From Candidatus Omnitrophota bacterium (GTDB lineage Bacteria; Omnitrophota; Omnitrophia; Omnitrophales; Aquincolibacteriaceae), in the NCBI GenBank assembly GCA_041674705.1, contig JBAYVF010000006.1, positions 23,241 through 87,240 on the forward strand: DNA of 64,000 nucleotides, written 5' to 3'. The notes below the pieces were generated by a model. That model was not told the DNA's origin, did no database searches, and saw nothing but the letters and a program-made list of their open reading frames with translations. Positions 16,384 to 26,700 of the stretch are shown piece by piece. Position numbers and translations under genes: made by a program. The first letter of the stretch is position 1. Each line of letters opens with the position of its first letter.

Positions 16384-18078
16384 TTGGAATATCTGATCTT
16401 CGCCAGGAAATTCAGGCCGCAGACGTTTGAAGAGATCGTGGGGCAGGAGACCATCACCACGACCTTGAAGAACGCCATCCGCCAGGAACGCGTTCCGCAA
16501 AGCTTTCTTTTTTCCGGGCCTCGAGGTGTGGGAAAAACCTCAACCGCGCGTATTCTCGCCAAGGCTCTGAATTGTAAAGAAGGTCCTACCGAAAAACCCT
16601 GTGGCAAATGTATTTCCTGTAAAGAGATCGAGCAGGGGAATTCCATGGATGTGCTCGAAGTGGACGGTGCGTCGAACCGCGGCATTGAAGAGATCCGAAC
16701 ACTTCGCGAGAATGTAAAATTCAAACCTTCTTCGGGCCGCTACAAGATCTACATCATTGACGAAGTCCATTCCTTGACCGGCGATGCTTTTAATGCCCTC
16801 TTAAAGACCCTCGAAGAGCCGCCGGCGCATGTGAAATTTATTTTCGCCACGACGGAAGCCCACAAGGTGCCTCTCACGATCCTGTCGCGCTGTCAGCGGC
16901 TTCAATTCAAAAGGATCTCGGTCCCTGAAGCGGTTGAAAAACTTGAGAAGATCGCGCAGAAAGAAAAACTGAAGTGCGAGAAGAACGTGCTTTTCATGAT
17001 CGCGAAGGCTACGGAAGGCGCGCTTCGCGACGCGGAAAGTCTTTTAGACCAACTGGCGAGTTTTTCCGAAGGGAAGATCAAAGAAGAAGACGTCTTAACG
17101 CTTCTCGGTCTTGCGCCGGAAGCGATGTATGTTTCGGTTCTTGTGGCGATCCGCGAGAAAAAAGGGGATGAGATCTTTGGTCTCGTGAAAAAGCTTTATG
17201 AGGAAGGCGCCGACCTCGCGCAATTCGCGAAGGGGCTCTTCGAAGTTTTCCGTCATCTCTTGGTCTTGAAGACCGCGGTCAAAGCGGAGGCGTTGATCGA
17301 AGCGAGCTCCGACATGATCGTGAAGTTGAAGAAGCTGACGACCGATTTCCCGCAGGGCGAGTTGCTTTTGGCTCTTTCAATCCTTCAAAACTTGCAGATC
17401 CAGCTGCGCCGTCCGGTGGCCTCGCCCAAACTGCTCCTGGAGGCCGCGCTCCTCAAGCTTGTTTATATGGATGGCATGAAATCCGTCGACAGTCTTATCC
17501 AGAACGCTTCTTTAGCGTCGAGGGGGAGTTCCGCAGCTCCGGCCATGGAAAAAAAAACACTAAAACCGGTCACGGCCGCTAGCAGAGTTGAAATTCCTCA
17601 AAAGGGGACAGGCACCGTTTCTTCGGGGACTGGCTCCTTTTCCGCAGGAAAAGGTGCCTGCCCCCCTCAAAAAGAAACGGAGCCTGTCCCCCCAGAAGGC
17701 CTGACGCTCAATGATGTCGAAAAGGTATGGCCTCAAGTGATCGAGCTTGTAAAAGCCAAGCGCATGTCCTTGAGTCTTTATCTTGCCGAAGCCGAGCCGG
17801 CAGAAGTAGAAGGTTCGGTGATCGTCCTGGGGCTTCCCTCCGAATTCCGTTTTCATAAAGAGACGCTCGAAAAAGATCTGAACAAGCAGGTTATCGAAGA
17901 CGCGTTCGCGCAAGCCTTGGCTGTCAAGGTCCGGGTCCAATGTGTTGTGACCGAACGCGACGGGACGACTCAGGAAGCGGCCGAGGAAAGAGCCTCGGCT
18001 CAAGACGAAGGCGTGCCTGATATTGTTTCAAAGGCCCTTGAAATTTTCGACGGTTCCAAAGTTATCCGCAAAGATTGA
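16384..18078 (+). CDS. dnaX: DNA polymerase III subunit gamma/tau
   Basis: TTG start. FRPQTFEEIVGQ, P-loop GPRGVGKTSTARILAK, Zn module CGKCISC, DEVH. 564 aa. Confidence 0.9.
   Translation: MEYLIFARKFRPQTFEEIVGQETITTTLKNAIRQERVPQSFLFSGPRGVGKTSTARILAKALNCKEGPTEKPCGKCISCKEIEQGNSMDVLEVDGASNRGIEEIRTLRENVKFKPSSGRYKIYIIDEVHSLTGDAFNALLKTLEEPPAHVKFIFATTEAHKVPLTILSRCQRLQFKRISVPEAVEKLEKIAQKEKLKCEKNVLFMIAKATEGALRDAESLLDQLASFSEGKIKEEDVLTLLGLAPEAMYVSVLVAIREKKGDEIFGLVKKLYEEGADLAQFAKGLFEVFRHLLVLKTAVKAEALIEASSDMIVKLKKLTTDFPQGELLLALSILQNLQIQLRRPVASPKLLLEAALLKLVYMDGMKSVDSLIQNASLASRGSSAAPAMEKKTLKPVTAASRVEIPQKGTGTVSSGTGSFSAGKGACPPQKETEPVPPEGLTLNDVEKVWPQVIELVKAKRMSLSLYLAEAEPAEVEGSVIVLGLPSEFRFHKETLEKDLNKQVIEDAFAQALAVKVRVQCVVTERDGTTQEAAEERASAQDEGVPDIVSKALEIFDGSKVIRKD
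17549..17557 (+). promoter_or_regulatory. A9 slippery run in dnaX (candidate recoding / transcriptional slippage site)
   Basis: GAA AAA AAA ACA at codons 389-392. The -1 frame stops at 17580-17582 and the +1 frame stops at 17561-17563. Confidence 0.45.
17604..17691. repeat. 88-nt imperfect palindrome inside dnaX coding sequence (in frame)
   Basis: ggggacaggcaccgtttctt..ggactggctccttttcc / ggaaaaggtgcctgcccc..aagaaacggagcctgtcccc. Encodes GTGTVSSGTGSFSAGKGACPPQKETEPVP in the tau linker. Confidence 0.75.
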
Positions 18079-18096
18079 TCCATCGGGAGCCCAGCC

Positions 18097-18696
18097 ATGA
18101 AAGCCTATTCGGAAATAATGACGAGATTGGTTGAGGCGCTCTCCAAACTCCCAGGTATCGGCCGGCGTTCGGCCGAGCGCATGGTTTTCCACCTCCTGAA
18201 AACAAAAAAAGAAGATGCGCTCACGCTCGGAGAGCTCATCAAGCAGCTTCGCGAGAGCGTGGTGTTTTGCAGCGTTTGCCATAATTTCTCGGATCAAAAA
18301 CTTTGCCATGTTTGTTCGGACCCGGGCCGCGATCAGGGGCTTATTTGCGTCGTCGAAGATCCCAAGGACGTTGTGGCGATCGAAAAGACCGGAAGCCATC
18401 GCGGGGTCTATCACGTACTGCTGGGGGCGCTATCGCCGCTGGACGGGATCGGGCCGGATCAGATCTGCATTCAGGATCTTCTGGAACGCGTGAAGCAGAA
18501 AAAAGTCCGGGAAGTCATTCTCGCGACCAACCCCAACACCGAAGGCGATACGACCGCGCTTTATCTCGCGAAAGTTTTGACACCTTCCAAAGTCAAAGTG
18601 ACGCGCCTGGCGCGCGGCATCCCGGTCGGCAGTTATATTGAATACACGGACCAGGCCACGCTCGCCCGCGCTTTTTCAGGCAGACATCTCGCATGA
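18097..18696 (+). CDS. recR: recombination protein RecR
   Basis: LPGIGRRSAERM helix-hairpin-helix, Zn finger CSVCHNFSDQKLCHVC, Toprim VVEDPKD...ATNPNTEGD. Confidence 0.95.
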   Translation: MKAYSEIMTRLVEALSKLPGIGRRSAERMVFHLLKTKKEDALTLGELIKQLRESVVFCSVCHNFSDQKLCHVCSDPGRDQGLICVVEDPKDVVAIEKTGSHRGVYHVLLGALSPLDGIGPDQICIQDLLERVKQKKVREVILATNPNTEGDTTALYLAKVLTPSKVKVTRLARGIPVGSYIEYTDQATLARAFSGRHLA

Positions 18697-19502
18697 TCTC
18701 TTCTTTTAAGGGGATGACGGCGCTTGTCACCGGTGCTTCTTCCGGGATCGGCAAGGCCCTGGCGCGCGAACTCGCGGGACAAGGCGCGAACCTGATCCTC
18801 GTCTCGCGTAATGCCCAACGCCTGGAACAAGAAGCAGAAGATCTCAGGATCCGTTTTGGTGTGAACGTCCATGTTTTCCCTGAGGATCTGGAGCGTTTGG
18901 AAGAGCGGCTGGAGCTTTTTGCATGGATCCAGAAGATGGGTCTCATCGTGGACGTTCTTGTGAATAATGCCGGTCTTGCGCATTACGGTCCGTTCGGAGA
19001 AACAAATTTTGAGGATACGGCAGCAATGCTGGACCTGAACATTCACGCGCTCACGCATTTGACGAGGCTTTTTCTCCCAGGAATGCTTGAAAGAAAAACA
19101 GGTGGAGTTTTGAATGTGGCTTCCACCGCCGGCTTTCAACCCCTTCCTTATCTTTCGGTGTATGCGGCGACCAAGGCTTTTGTGCTCAATTTTTCCGAGG
19201 CGTTAGGGGAAGAATGCCGAGGCCGTGGCGTTCGCGTTTTTTGCCTCTGTCCGGGGAATACACTCACACGTTTTCATCAGACCGCCGGGATCGATAAGAA
19301 AAGAATGTTCTTCAGCGCTTCAGCCTCGGATGTCGCGCGTTTTGCGCTCAGGAAATTTTTGAAGACGAACCAGCCTTCGGCGATCTTTGGTTTTTGGAAT
19401 AAACTCATGATCTATGCGGAGAGATTAAGCCCGAGACGGCTGACCGTGTTCGTGACGGGGATGATGTATCGATCGAACGGGACCGGAGACCCGAGACCAT
19501 AG
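18693..19502 (+). CDS. SDR family oxidoreductase
   Basis: TGASSGIGKALA and the YAATKAF catalytic motif. ATGA overlap with recR. Confidence 0.85.
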   Translation: MISSFKGMTALVTGASSGIGKALARELAGQGANLILVSRNAQRLEQEAEDLRIRFGVNVHVFPEDLERLEERLELFAWIQKMGLIVDVLVNNAGLAHYGPFGETNFEDTAAMLDLNIHALTHLTRLFLPGMLERKTGGVLNVASTAGFQPLPYLSVYAATKAFVLNFSEALGEECRGRGVRVFCLCPGNTLTRFHQTAGIDKKRMFFSASASDVARFALRKFLKTNQPSAIFGFWNKLMIYAERLSPRRLTVFVTGMMYRSNGTGDPRP

Positions 19503-19556
19503 ACCAACGCACCACGTTTTAAAGTCTCTGGTCTCTCGTCTCAAGTCTTCGGTCTG
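19480..19556. repeat. word-repeat palindrome (GAGACC words) spanning the SDR stop codon
   Basis: ggaccggagacccgagaccatagacc ... gtctctggtctctcgtctcaagtcttcggtctg. The left arm encodes the last residues GTGDPRP. Confidence 0.6.
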
Positions 19557-19576
19557 TGCTGTTAAGCTAAAGAGAG

Positions 19577-19605
19577 TTGCTAGCGCCGCTTTTCTTGATT
19601 AGAAT
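19577..19605 (+). promoter_or_regulatory. candidate promoter for tRNA-Gly (TTGCTA-17-TAGAAT)
   Basis: Spacing is 17 nt. The -10 ends 25 nt before the mature tRNA 5' end. Confidence 0.4.
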
Positions 19606-19630
19606 GACTTCCGTTTCGCGCATCAAACAC

Positions 19631-19701
19631 GCGGGCATAGCATAATGGTAATGTCCTAGCCTTCCAAGCTAGTCATGCGGGTTCGATTCCCGCTGCCCGC
19701 T
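19631..19701 (+). tRNA. tRNA-Gly(TCC)
   Basis: Hand-folded: acceptor GCGGGCA/TGCCCGC, anticodon arm CTAGC-CTTCCAA-GCTAG, T-arm GCGGG-TTCGATT-CCCGC. Confidence 0.9.
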
Positions 19702-19891
19702 GATTTCCAATAAATCAGCACGGTGCCGTCACGTCTTAAGGATAGACGTGTACGGCAACCGCGCTCTTTCTGGGTGGCTGGAAGAAAGCGCCGACCGCAG
19801 ATCGAAACTACAAGTTTCGATCTGTTTGCGGCACCAACGCACAAGCGTTGGTGTTCCCGCCGTCTTCAAAAACACACCTCTTGCGAATTGG

Positions 19892-20791
19892 ATGCGAATG
19901 ATTCAAAAAATTTTATTCCTCGTCGAATACGCCATCTTCAGGGCCCTGGCATTTCTTCTCCGTCTCATTCCTCTTCGAATAAGTTACAAAACGGCTGATG
20001 TCTTGGGGGTGTTCGTTGTCCGGATCCTGGGGATTCGGCGTGAGACCATGCTGAAAAATCTTCGCCTGGCATTCGGGAAGGAAAAGGATGAAGCCGAACT
20101 TCTCCGGATCGCCGAGGAGTCGATGGCGAACCTCGGCAAACTCGTTTTCGAATTCATCCGAACACCGGAAGCTTCCGCCTACCCCGAGCGGTATATGGAA
20201 CCGCCAGACGTATCGCCGCTGATGGAAGCTGTGAAGAAAAAAGGCGGTTTTATCGCGATTGTTTCGCATTTCGGAAATTGGGAGTGGTTGGCAATTCCCA
20301 TCCAAAAAGACGGCCTTCATGTGCATGCCGTGGGCCGTCCCCTCAAAAATCCTTATCTTTACCGTTATGTCCGGGAAATTCGCGAAGCGGCGAACCTGAC
20401 CAATATCGAAAAGTCAGGCGCGGTGCGGTCCTCTCTCGAGGTGCTTAAAGAGCGGGGGATTCTGGCGGTGCTGATCGATCAACATGAAAGCCGGGGATCG
20501 ATGTGGGTGAATTTTTTTGGCCGCAAAGCCGCGACGAGCACTTTGCCGGCAATGCTTGCCCTTAAATATGAATATCCGGTGCTTCCCGCGTTCTTTTATC
20601 GCGATGAGAGCGGTTGCTCGAAAATTAAATACGGACCACTTTTCCCCCTGATCCGGACCGGAGATCTTCAAGCTGATTTATTGGCTAATACCCAGCAGTA
20701 TGTAACTAAGATCGAGGAAGAGATCCGAAAACGGCCCGGCGACTGGCTTTGGGCCCATCGGAGATGGCGCGCCCCGGAAGTAAAGGTTTAA
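19892..20791 (+). CDS. lysophospholipid/lipid A biosynthesis acyltransferase (LpxL/HtrB family)
   Basis: N-terminal TM, SHFGNWEW acyltransferase motif, LIDQH block. ATG 19892 is preferred because the track start 19748 lies in a hairpin array. Confidence 0.7.
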   Translation: MRMIQKILFLVEYAIFRALAFLLRLIPLRISYKTADVLGVFVVRILGIRRETMLKNLRLAFGKEKDEAELLRIAEESMANLGKLVFEFIRTPEASAYPERYMEPPDVSPLMEAVKKKGGFIAIVSHFGNWEWLAIPIQKDGLHVHAVGRPLKNPYLYRYVREIREAANLTNIEKSGAVRSSLEVLKERGILAVLIDQHESRGSMWVNFFGRKAATSTLPAMLALKYEYPVLPAFFYRDESGCSKIKYGPLFPLIRTGDLQADLLANTQQYVTKIEEEIRKRPGDWLWAHRRWRAPEVKV

Positions 20792-23700
20792 GCAGCGGAG
20801 GAGATGACGACGTAATTCTGGACCAAGGCTTCGACGAAAGCACGAACCTCGGAACGAAAACGTCCGGTCTGGTCATAAAGAAAGCCGTTCTTCATTTGCA
20901 GGTCTTCAGGCCGATTGACAAGTAGCGCCAGAACGATGCCATCCATGCCGTCTAGGGCAAAACATTCTTGAAGATGTGGAACAATCCTCGGCTCCGCCCT
21001 GCCTAATCTTGCTTTGAATGCTCCTACCGTATCTCGTTCCATATCCGAGAAACCAAAGACCGGGATCTTTCCAGACCTCGCCATTTCAGGCAACCGGATA
21101 TCAACGGTAGCAACCGACCGTAACGCCACCACGCGATTACTATATTGTCCGTGAACAACATCCGGGATCACTAGTCGGATCTCCGAACGTCTTGTCCCCG
21201 CCAAGCAAAGAAGTTTTTTAAAATCCGTCGCCGTCATTAAATCTATCGTCGTCTGCTCAATTACAAGCACCGCCTTGTTCATGATAGGCGCTATCGGTTG
21301 AACTCTCGCCTCAGAACGAACCGGTGCGTCTTTGGCCATCGCCGCGTCTCCACTCGCTACCGCCTGATCAGTCATAGTTTCCGAATAAATACCATAAACC
21401 ATCTCGAGTTGAGCCAAACCAGTCTGAAGCCCCTTCTTATATGCCATGAGCGTTAGCAACGCATCCGCTCGATCAATAGGATTCGCTCTAAGACGATTTT
21501 CAAGACCGCCAACATCCTGTGCTTGAAGCCACCGAATATCATCGATGCCTTTTTTAATCTCAACCAACACTTCCTTTATTAATGAGACAACGTCCGTACG
21601 CGACATTTTCTTCCAATCCTGTCTATATTGATTGTCAAAAGGAATCTTTTTTGAAAAAATATCACGCTGAATGCCTTGATTCCGCTTATTAATCATTTCA
21701 AGTCGATTGTTAATTTCGGCTATTTCAGCCACCTCTTCTTCCTGTAAATAGACCTCCGCTGAACTCCATAATCCGAGGGCCTGACGAAGCGTATAATTTA
21801 ATTTGTCGCCGAATAAAAGAGTTAGCGCCTCGGCCATCTGATATAAATGTTCATCGGACAGCTCCCCACGTTTAAGCGTTAAGGCAGCTTTACGCAACAG
21901 AGAACCCGCCATCAAAAATCTCTCCGCTCCTTGCCCTCGATAAAAGGCGGATTCCCGCTCAAGGAACTCATCAATCGTCAGCTTCCCTTCGCGGAAAGAC
22001 TGTTCGCTCTGATCAGGTTCTTTGCCTGTTGTCACATGGAATCGTAAAAGAGTCCCTTCTGTCGTCAATGCAGCAAGGCGCGTCTGCGTCTCCGCCTCGG
22101 AGATACCCAGGAGACTGGCCACTTCTTCTACCTTGAATCCACCGACGATGCTATTGATGGGATAATGGGAAAGACTCGCCACCGCAGCATCTTCGCTCCG
22201 CATCTCGGAGCGGACCGTTATGTCTTTAGCCATCGCGCGGTCGGCCTCGGCCGCCTTCATCTCCCTGCCGTCCGCCGTGAAAATCTCTTTCTCTTCGCCT
22301 GTATCGGGGATACGGGGAAATTCAACGGGGGCGGTCATCAAATCAGGCCCATGCCCCAGCCAGGACAAACTCATTTTACCGTCAGACAATATCTTGACGC
22401 TTCGGATCTTCGTTGGCTCTTTCTTGTCCGTGTAAGGATTAACGAATAATATTTTCACGCCTGACGGAAGTTTGATGAGCGTGCGCTGCACGCCAAAGAT
22501 ATCTTCGTTCTCGGCCAATACTTCTCCTTTGGCGCTCAATCCATCGAGGAGCTGCATCCATTCTTGCCGTGAAAAGGCATGGCTTTTCGTGAACTCAGAC
22601 ACGCTGTCGATCGTCTCATAACTGGCCGTGGGGTACATCGGGGTAAGTTTTATCACATCAATTTTATTGCTGAAACTTTCAGCAAACCTTTCGAGATCTG
22701 AAACATTGTCGATCCCGCTCTTGAACGCGATCAAATTAACTCTCAAAGTCTTGCCCCTGGACATTAGAAAACGATTGATCTCCTCTATTTCCCCTATCGT
22801 GAGCGTCGATGTTTCCATAATGGCGTCATTTCGTTTCTTGTCATAATGATGATAGGAGATATTAACCGATGTGATCGAGGAATTCCCGACAAGCTCCAGA
22901 ATATTTTTATCTCTCAAGGGCGTTCCGTTCGTCGTAACAGTGACCTCGTCTAATTGATCCTTGACCTTATCCAATTCCCCCAACACTTCTCCTAAATGCC
23001 GTGCGAGCAAAGGTTCCCCCCCCAGCAACACGACATCTTTCACATGATAAGCGCTCATGGCTTTGCTAAGCTTTTGTGGAAAATTACGCGCCACAGCCTC
23101 ACCGCTATGTTGCGACCCTGTTTTATTAATACAAAAAGCGCAGTTACCGTTACAGAGGTCGGTCATGACAATACTCAGACTGGTTTCATCGGCTATCTGA
23201 TAGAGGCCCTCGCCGATACGAACAGGAGTCAAAGAATCATCCATTAAACGCATTTCTCGAATGTAAGGCACACTGCTTTTTGTTTGGTTGTGCCCAGGGG
23301 CCTCCGCCGCGTCGGGAGGCATCTGATCTGAAATGGGAGAAAGAGGGCTCTGTTCCCAATTTTCCTGACTTTCTATTCGAGGTAAATCTGTAAACTTATT
23401 ATCGGGTCTCGGGCCTTGCTCTATTAAATCCACACTATCTAACCCCAGGCCGTCCACCCGAGCAAATTCTTTAGAGCTATCAATACTCGAAAGCATTTCT
23501 GCACCTCTAGGATTTTTGTCATTTGGCTCCTTCTCAGCGGCAGGTTCTTGTTTCAACCGCATTTCGGAGCGCTTGTCTAGAGCGGTTCGATTTGGCTTAT
23601 TCCGTTGCGAGTCTCTAAGGCTACGCGCCTTTCCCGGCCGAATGGCAACCCATAAATCGGAGGTTTCAATAAACCGGCGCCTCAAGAACTCAACATCACA

Positions 23701-26700
23701 ACCAAGCCCTAAAAACATGTGCGAAAGACGGGCTAATAGAGAAAAACCTTCCTGATTAGGGAAATGGCACCCTTTTTCTGAATAATAATAACTTAAATAA
23801 TGGTTCAAAATCAGCCACTGCGGCGTCACTTCCGCCATCAAGCAGATCCAATCTCGTAAAACCCTCCCTTCGGATACAAGTCTCTTCAAAACCGACAGAC
23901 CCTTCTCGGCACGCCGCCATGCCTTGACCGCAACAGAAGCGGGCAACCGATCACTGTGATCAAAAATTTCAGCCACCTCTTTCAGGGGAAGAATTTCGCC
24001 CAAAAACATGTCGTCCAAGGCATGATTGCCAACCACTAGATGCGGGTTACGCGGCAAAGATTCCATTCCTTCCCGTAAAGTCTTTTGGATGGAAACAACT
24101 TTCACTCCGGGGACAAGTCTTTGATAGGAATCCACAGCTTTTTTGATCACTTTCGCAGGTTCAAGAACATAAACGGTACCAAGAAAACCGTATTTTTTGA
24201 GCCCCCACGCAATTTGTGAACCCGAACCCGGCGCTACTTCGACAACAACCCCATCTTTAGGCAACTGAATTTTTTTAAAAATATCTTGCCAAATAAGGCC
24301 CATGAACTGGTCCCATGTCATTCGCGCTGGGTCAAATTGACTCAAATCAAAGGACATGCCAGGGGATCCCGCCTTGCCATTCGTATCCATGGATGAAACT
24401 TGTCGCATTTGTTGTAATCGCTCAAGGCCTTTTATAACCGAAGGGTCGTCTTTCATAAAAGGAGCAAAAACAGGCCGTGAAGGTCCAAGCGATTGTAGTC
24501 TGAATTTTCGGTTCTTGAATAACAATGTCGGAACCAAATTTTCAAGAAGCTTCTGGTTATCGAAAGCAGGGCTGATCACCCACATTTCATCATCGTGCCT
24601 TTCGATCGCACAGTCATATTTTTTCCCGTTCAGCCTTATGGACCAAGATCCTTGTTCTTTTGGCATTTCCTCTTGATCAAAAAAGGCGGTAAAAAACCGG
24701 AAACTGCCGTCCTTAGAAAGCAATTTTCCAGAATAGCCATTAACATAAAGTTCCATGTCGGCAAGATAATAATTATCAAAAATACGGGAAGGAACGCGCC
24801 TACTGGCTTGCACGATCTTATCGATCAACAGCGAAAATCGTTCTGCCTTGATTTTCCTGCCTTGATACATTTCCACGAGATTCTGTTTGATCCGGCGTCC
24901 GAAGAGAGGCGACAAATAGGAACGATCCTCATTCACAATATAGGCCTTCATTTCCGCAGAATCCTCTAAAGGCGCGAAAACCGATCCTCGAATCTTTGCA
25001 AAAAGAGAATCATACGCAAAGATGAAGAACAGTGCCCTTCGACAACAATCTTCAAGCATCCCATCGTCTTGAACCACATACCCGTGCTCTTCGACATAGC
25101 GCTTCATGAAATCCGGAATCGCGTCATTTTCCTTCCGTTCAGTTTCCGCATCGGGATTCAGCAACAGAAAAAACGCTTTTTCAATACTCCATTGAGGACT
25201 TCTTCGGAGAAGCGGGTAATACCGGAAGAAATTAGAAAAATCAAAGACGGCAAGCTCATCATGATCGGGAGCATGAATATCCCATGCATTGTAACGCGGG
25301 AGCATCATGCGTGACAGGGCCTGAAATTCATCGGCTAATATTTTTAGTTCTCTTTCGAACTGCTGGCCTACGGCGTCTTTAAATGGCGTGGACAATCCCA
25401 TGAGATCAAGGAACCTTGTTCGGATCTGCGACGCATAAGCCTCCTCCATGGCGTGTTTTAGATCTTTTAAAGACACCTTGCCGCGATTAACTTCGCTTTG
25501 CGCTAAACCTTCCAAAATCATTAATTGACCGTTCTGCTCTAATCCAAATAAATTGGTTGTATAGAATGTTTTTCCAACGACTTGAGGCGGACGGTGACGG
25601 ACAGAAAGGACCGTGTCATAATCAAGCATACGGCCTTCCACCGAGATATTGCCTGCCGACCATGCTCCGTGAAAGATCCTTTCAATAAACTTTTCAGCCT
25701 CCCCTTTTCCAAACATGGTTGCCACACGAAGCATTCTTTTTTTGTTAAGTGGCTCGTTTTTTTTAAATAAATGCGTCGGACGATCCAAGCTTCCATCATC
25801 CATACGAACTAAGAGAGCCGCTGCTTCCCTGGATCCCGGCCACGAAGGATTATCAAAAGTCTTTACCGCATCAATGATCCCGAGTACCGGCGCCGTACCA
25901 GTACGGAGGTCGTAGTGCAAGGAATTGGAAACGATGGCTTCCCATACTGCGGTCGGAAGATCAAGAAAGCCGTCCGAATGCCATTTATCTGACTCGTGAC
26001 TCACGAGAGCTGTTTTAACCCCTTTCACATTGAAACGAGAACCTATATAAAAAGCACGTCCTGAACCCAAGTTACCATTCGTCGCGATACCGGTCGGATC
26101 GAATTGATAATCCACAAAAACAGGCAAATACTTTTCAAGCTTAAGCCCATCTGAACCTTGACCGCGTTTAAGCGTGGCCACGGAAAATTGACGTTCTATA
26201 GCGTCCAACATATTTTTTGAATCCGTCCACGGCGGAAGAAACCGGCCCAGCATGGCGCGGTTTCCATAGATGCCCGCCATGGACTCTACCGGATCTTTAT
26301 AAGCAGTTTGTCGGATGAATGACGAACGGCCCAGACGATCCAAGGCCTGAGGTTCCTTACGCATCTCCTGTTCGAGAGAAAGAATCGGCCTTAAGCAAAA
26401 AGCCATCCACGAGTCACTCTCAAAACCCTCAGTTTCAACAATCATTTCGGATTCCAGATCCCTTGTATTTTTAGGCACCGAAGCAGAAATTTGCTCAAAA
26501 AGGTCTTTGGCCCTTCTGAAATCATCAGAAGAAATCCGGTCATTGCGAAGCAGAGCATCACGACTTGCTATGACAAAAGCTGGTGACGCTTTTATAAAAA
26601 AGCTCTTCCAGTCCAGCCCGCGAGAACTATCCTCCGATGACATCCTTGTGAATGCATTGACAATCACCCCATCCACAGGGTTTAAAAAGCCACTCCCTTG

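Noticed and set aside
18078-18097. Missing ybaB/ebfC between dnaX and recR as a possible deletion or unannotated small ORF
   Set aside because: Only 18 nt separate dnaX and recR, so no ORF can be hidden there. The absence is real for this locus but not informative on its own.
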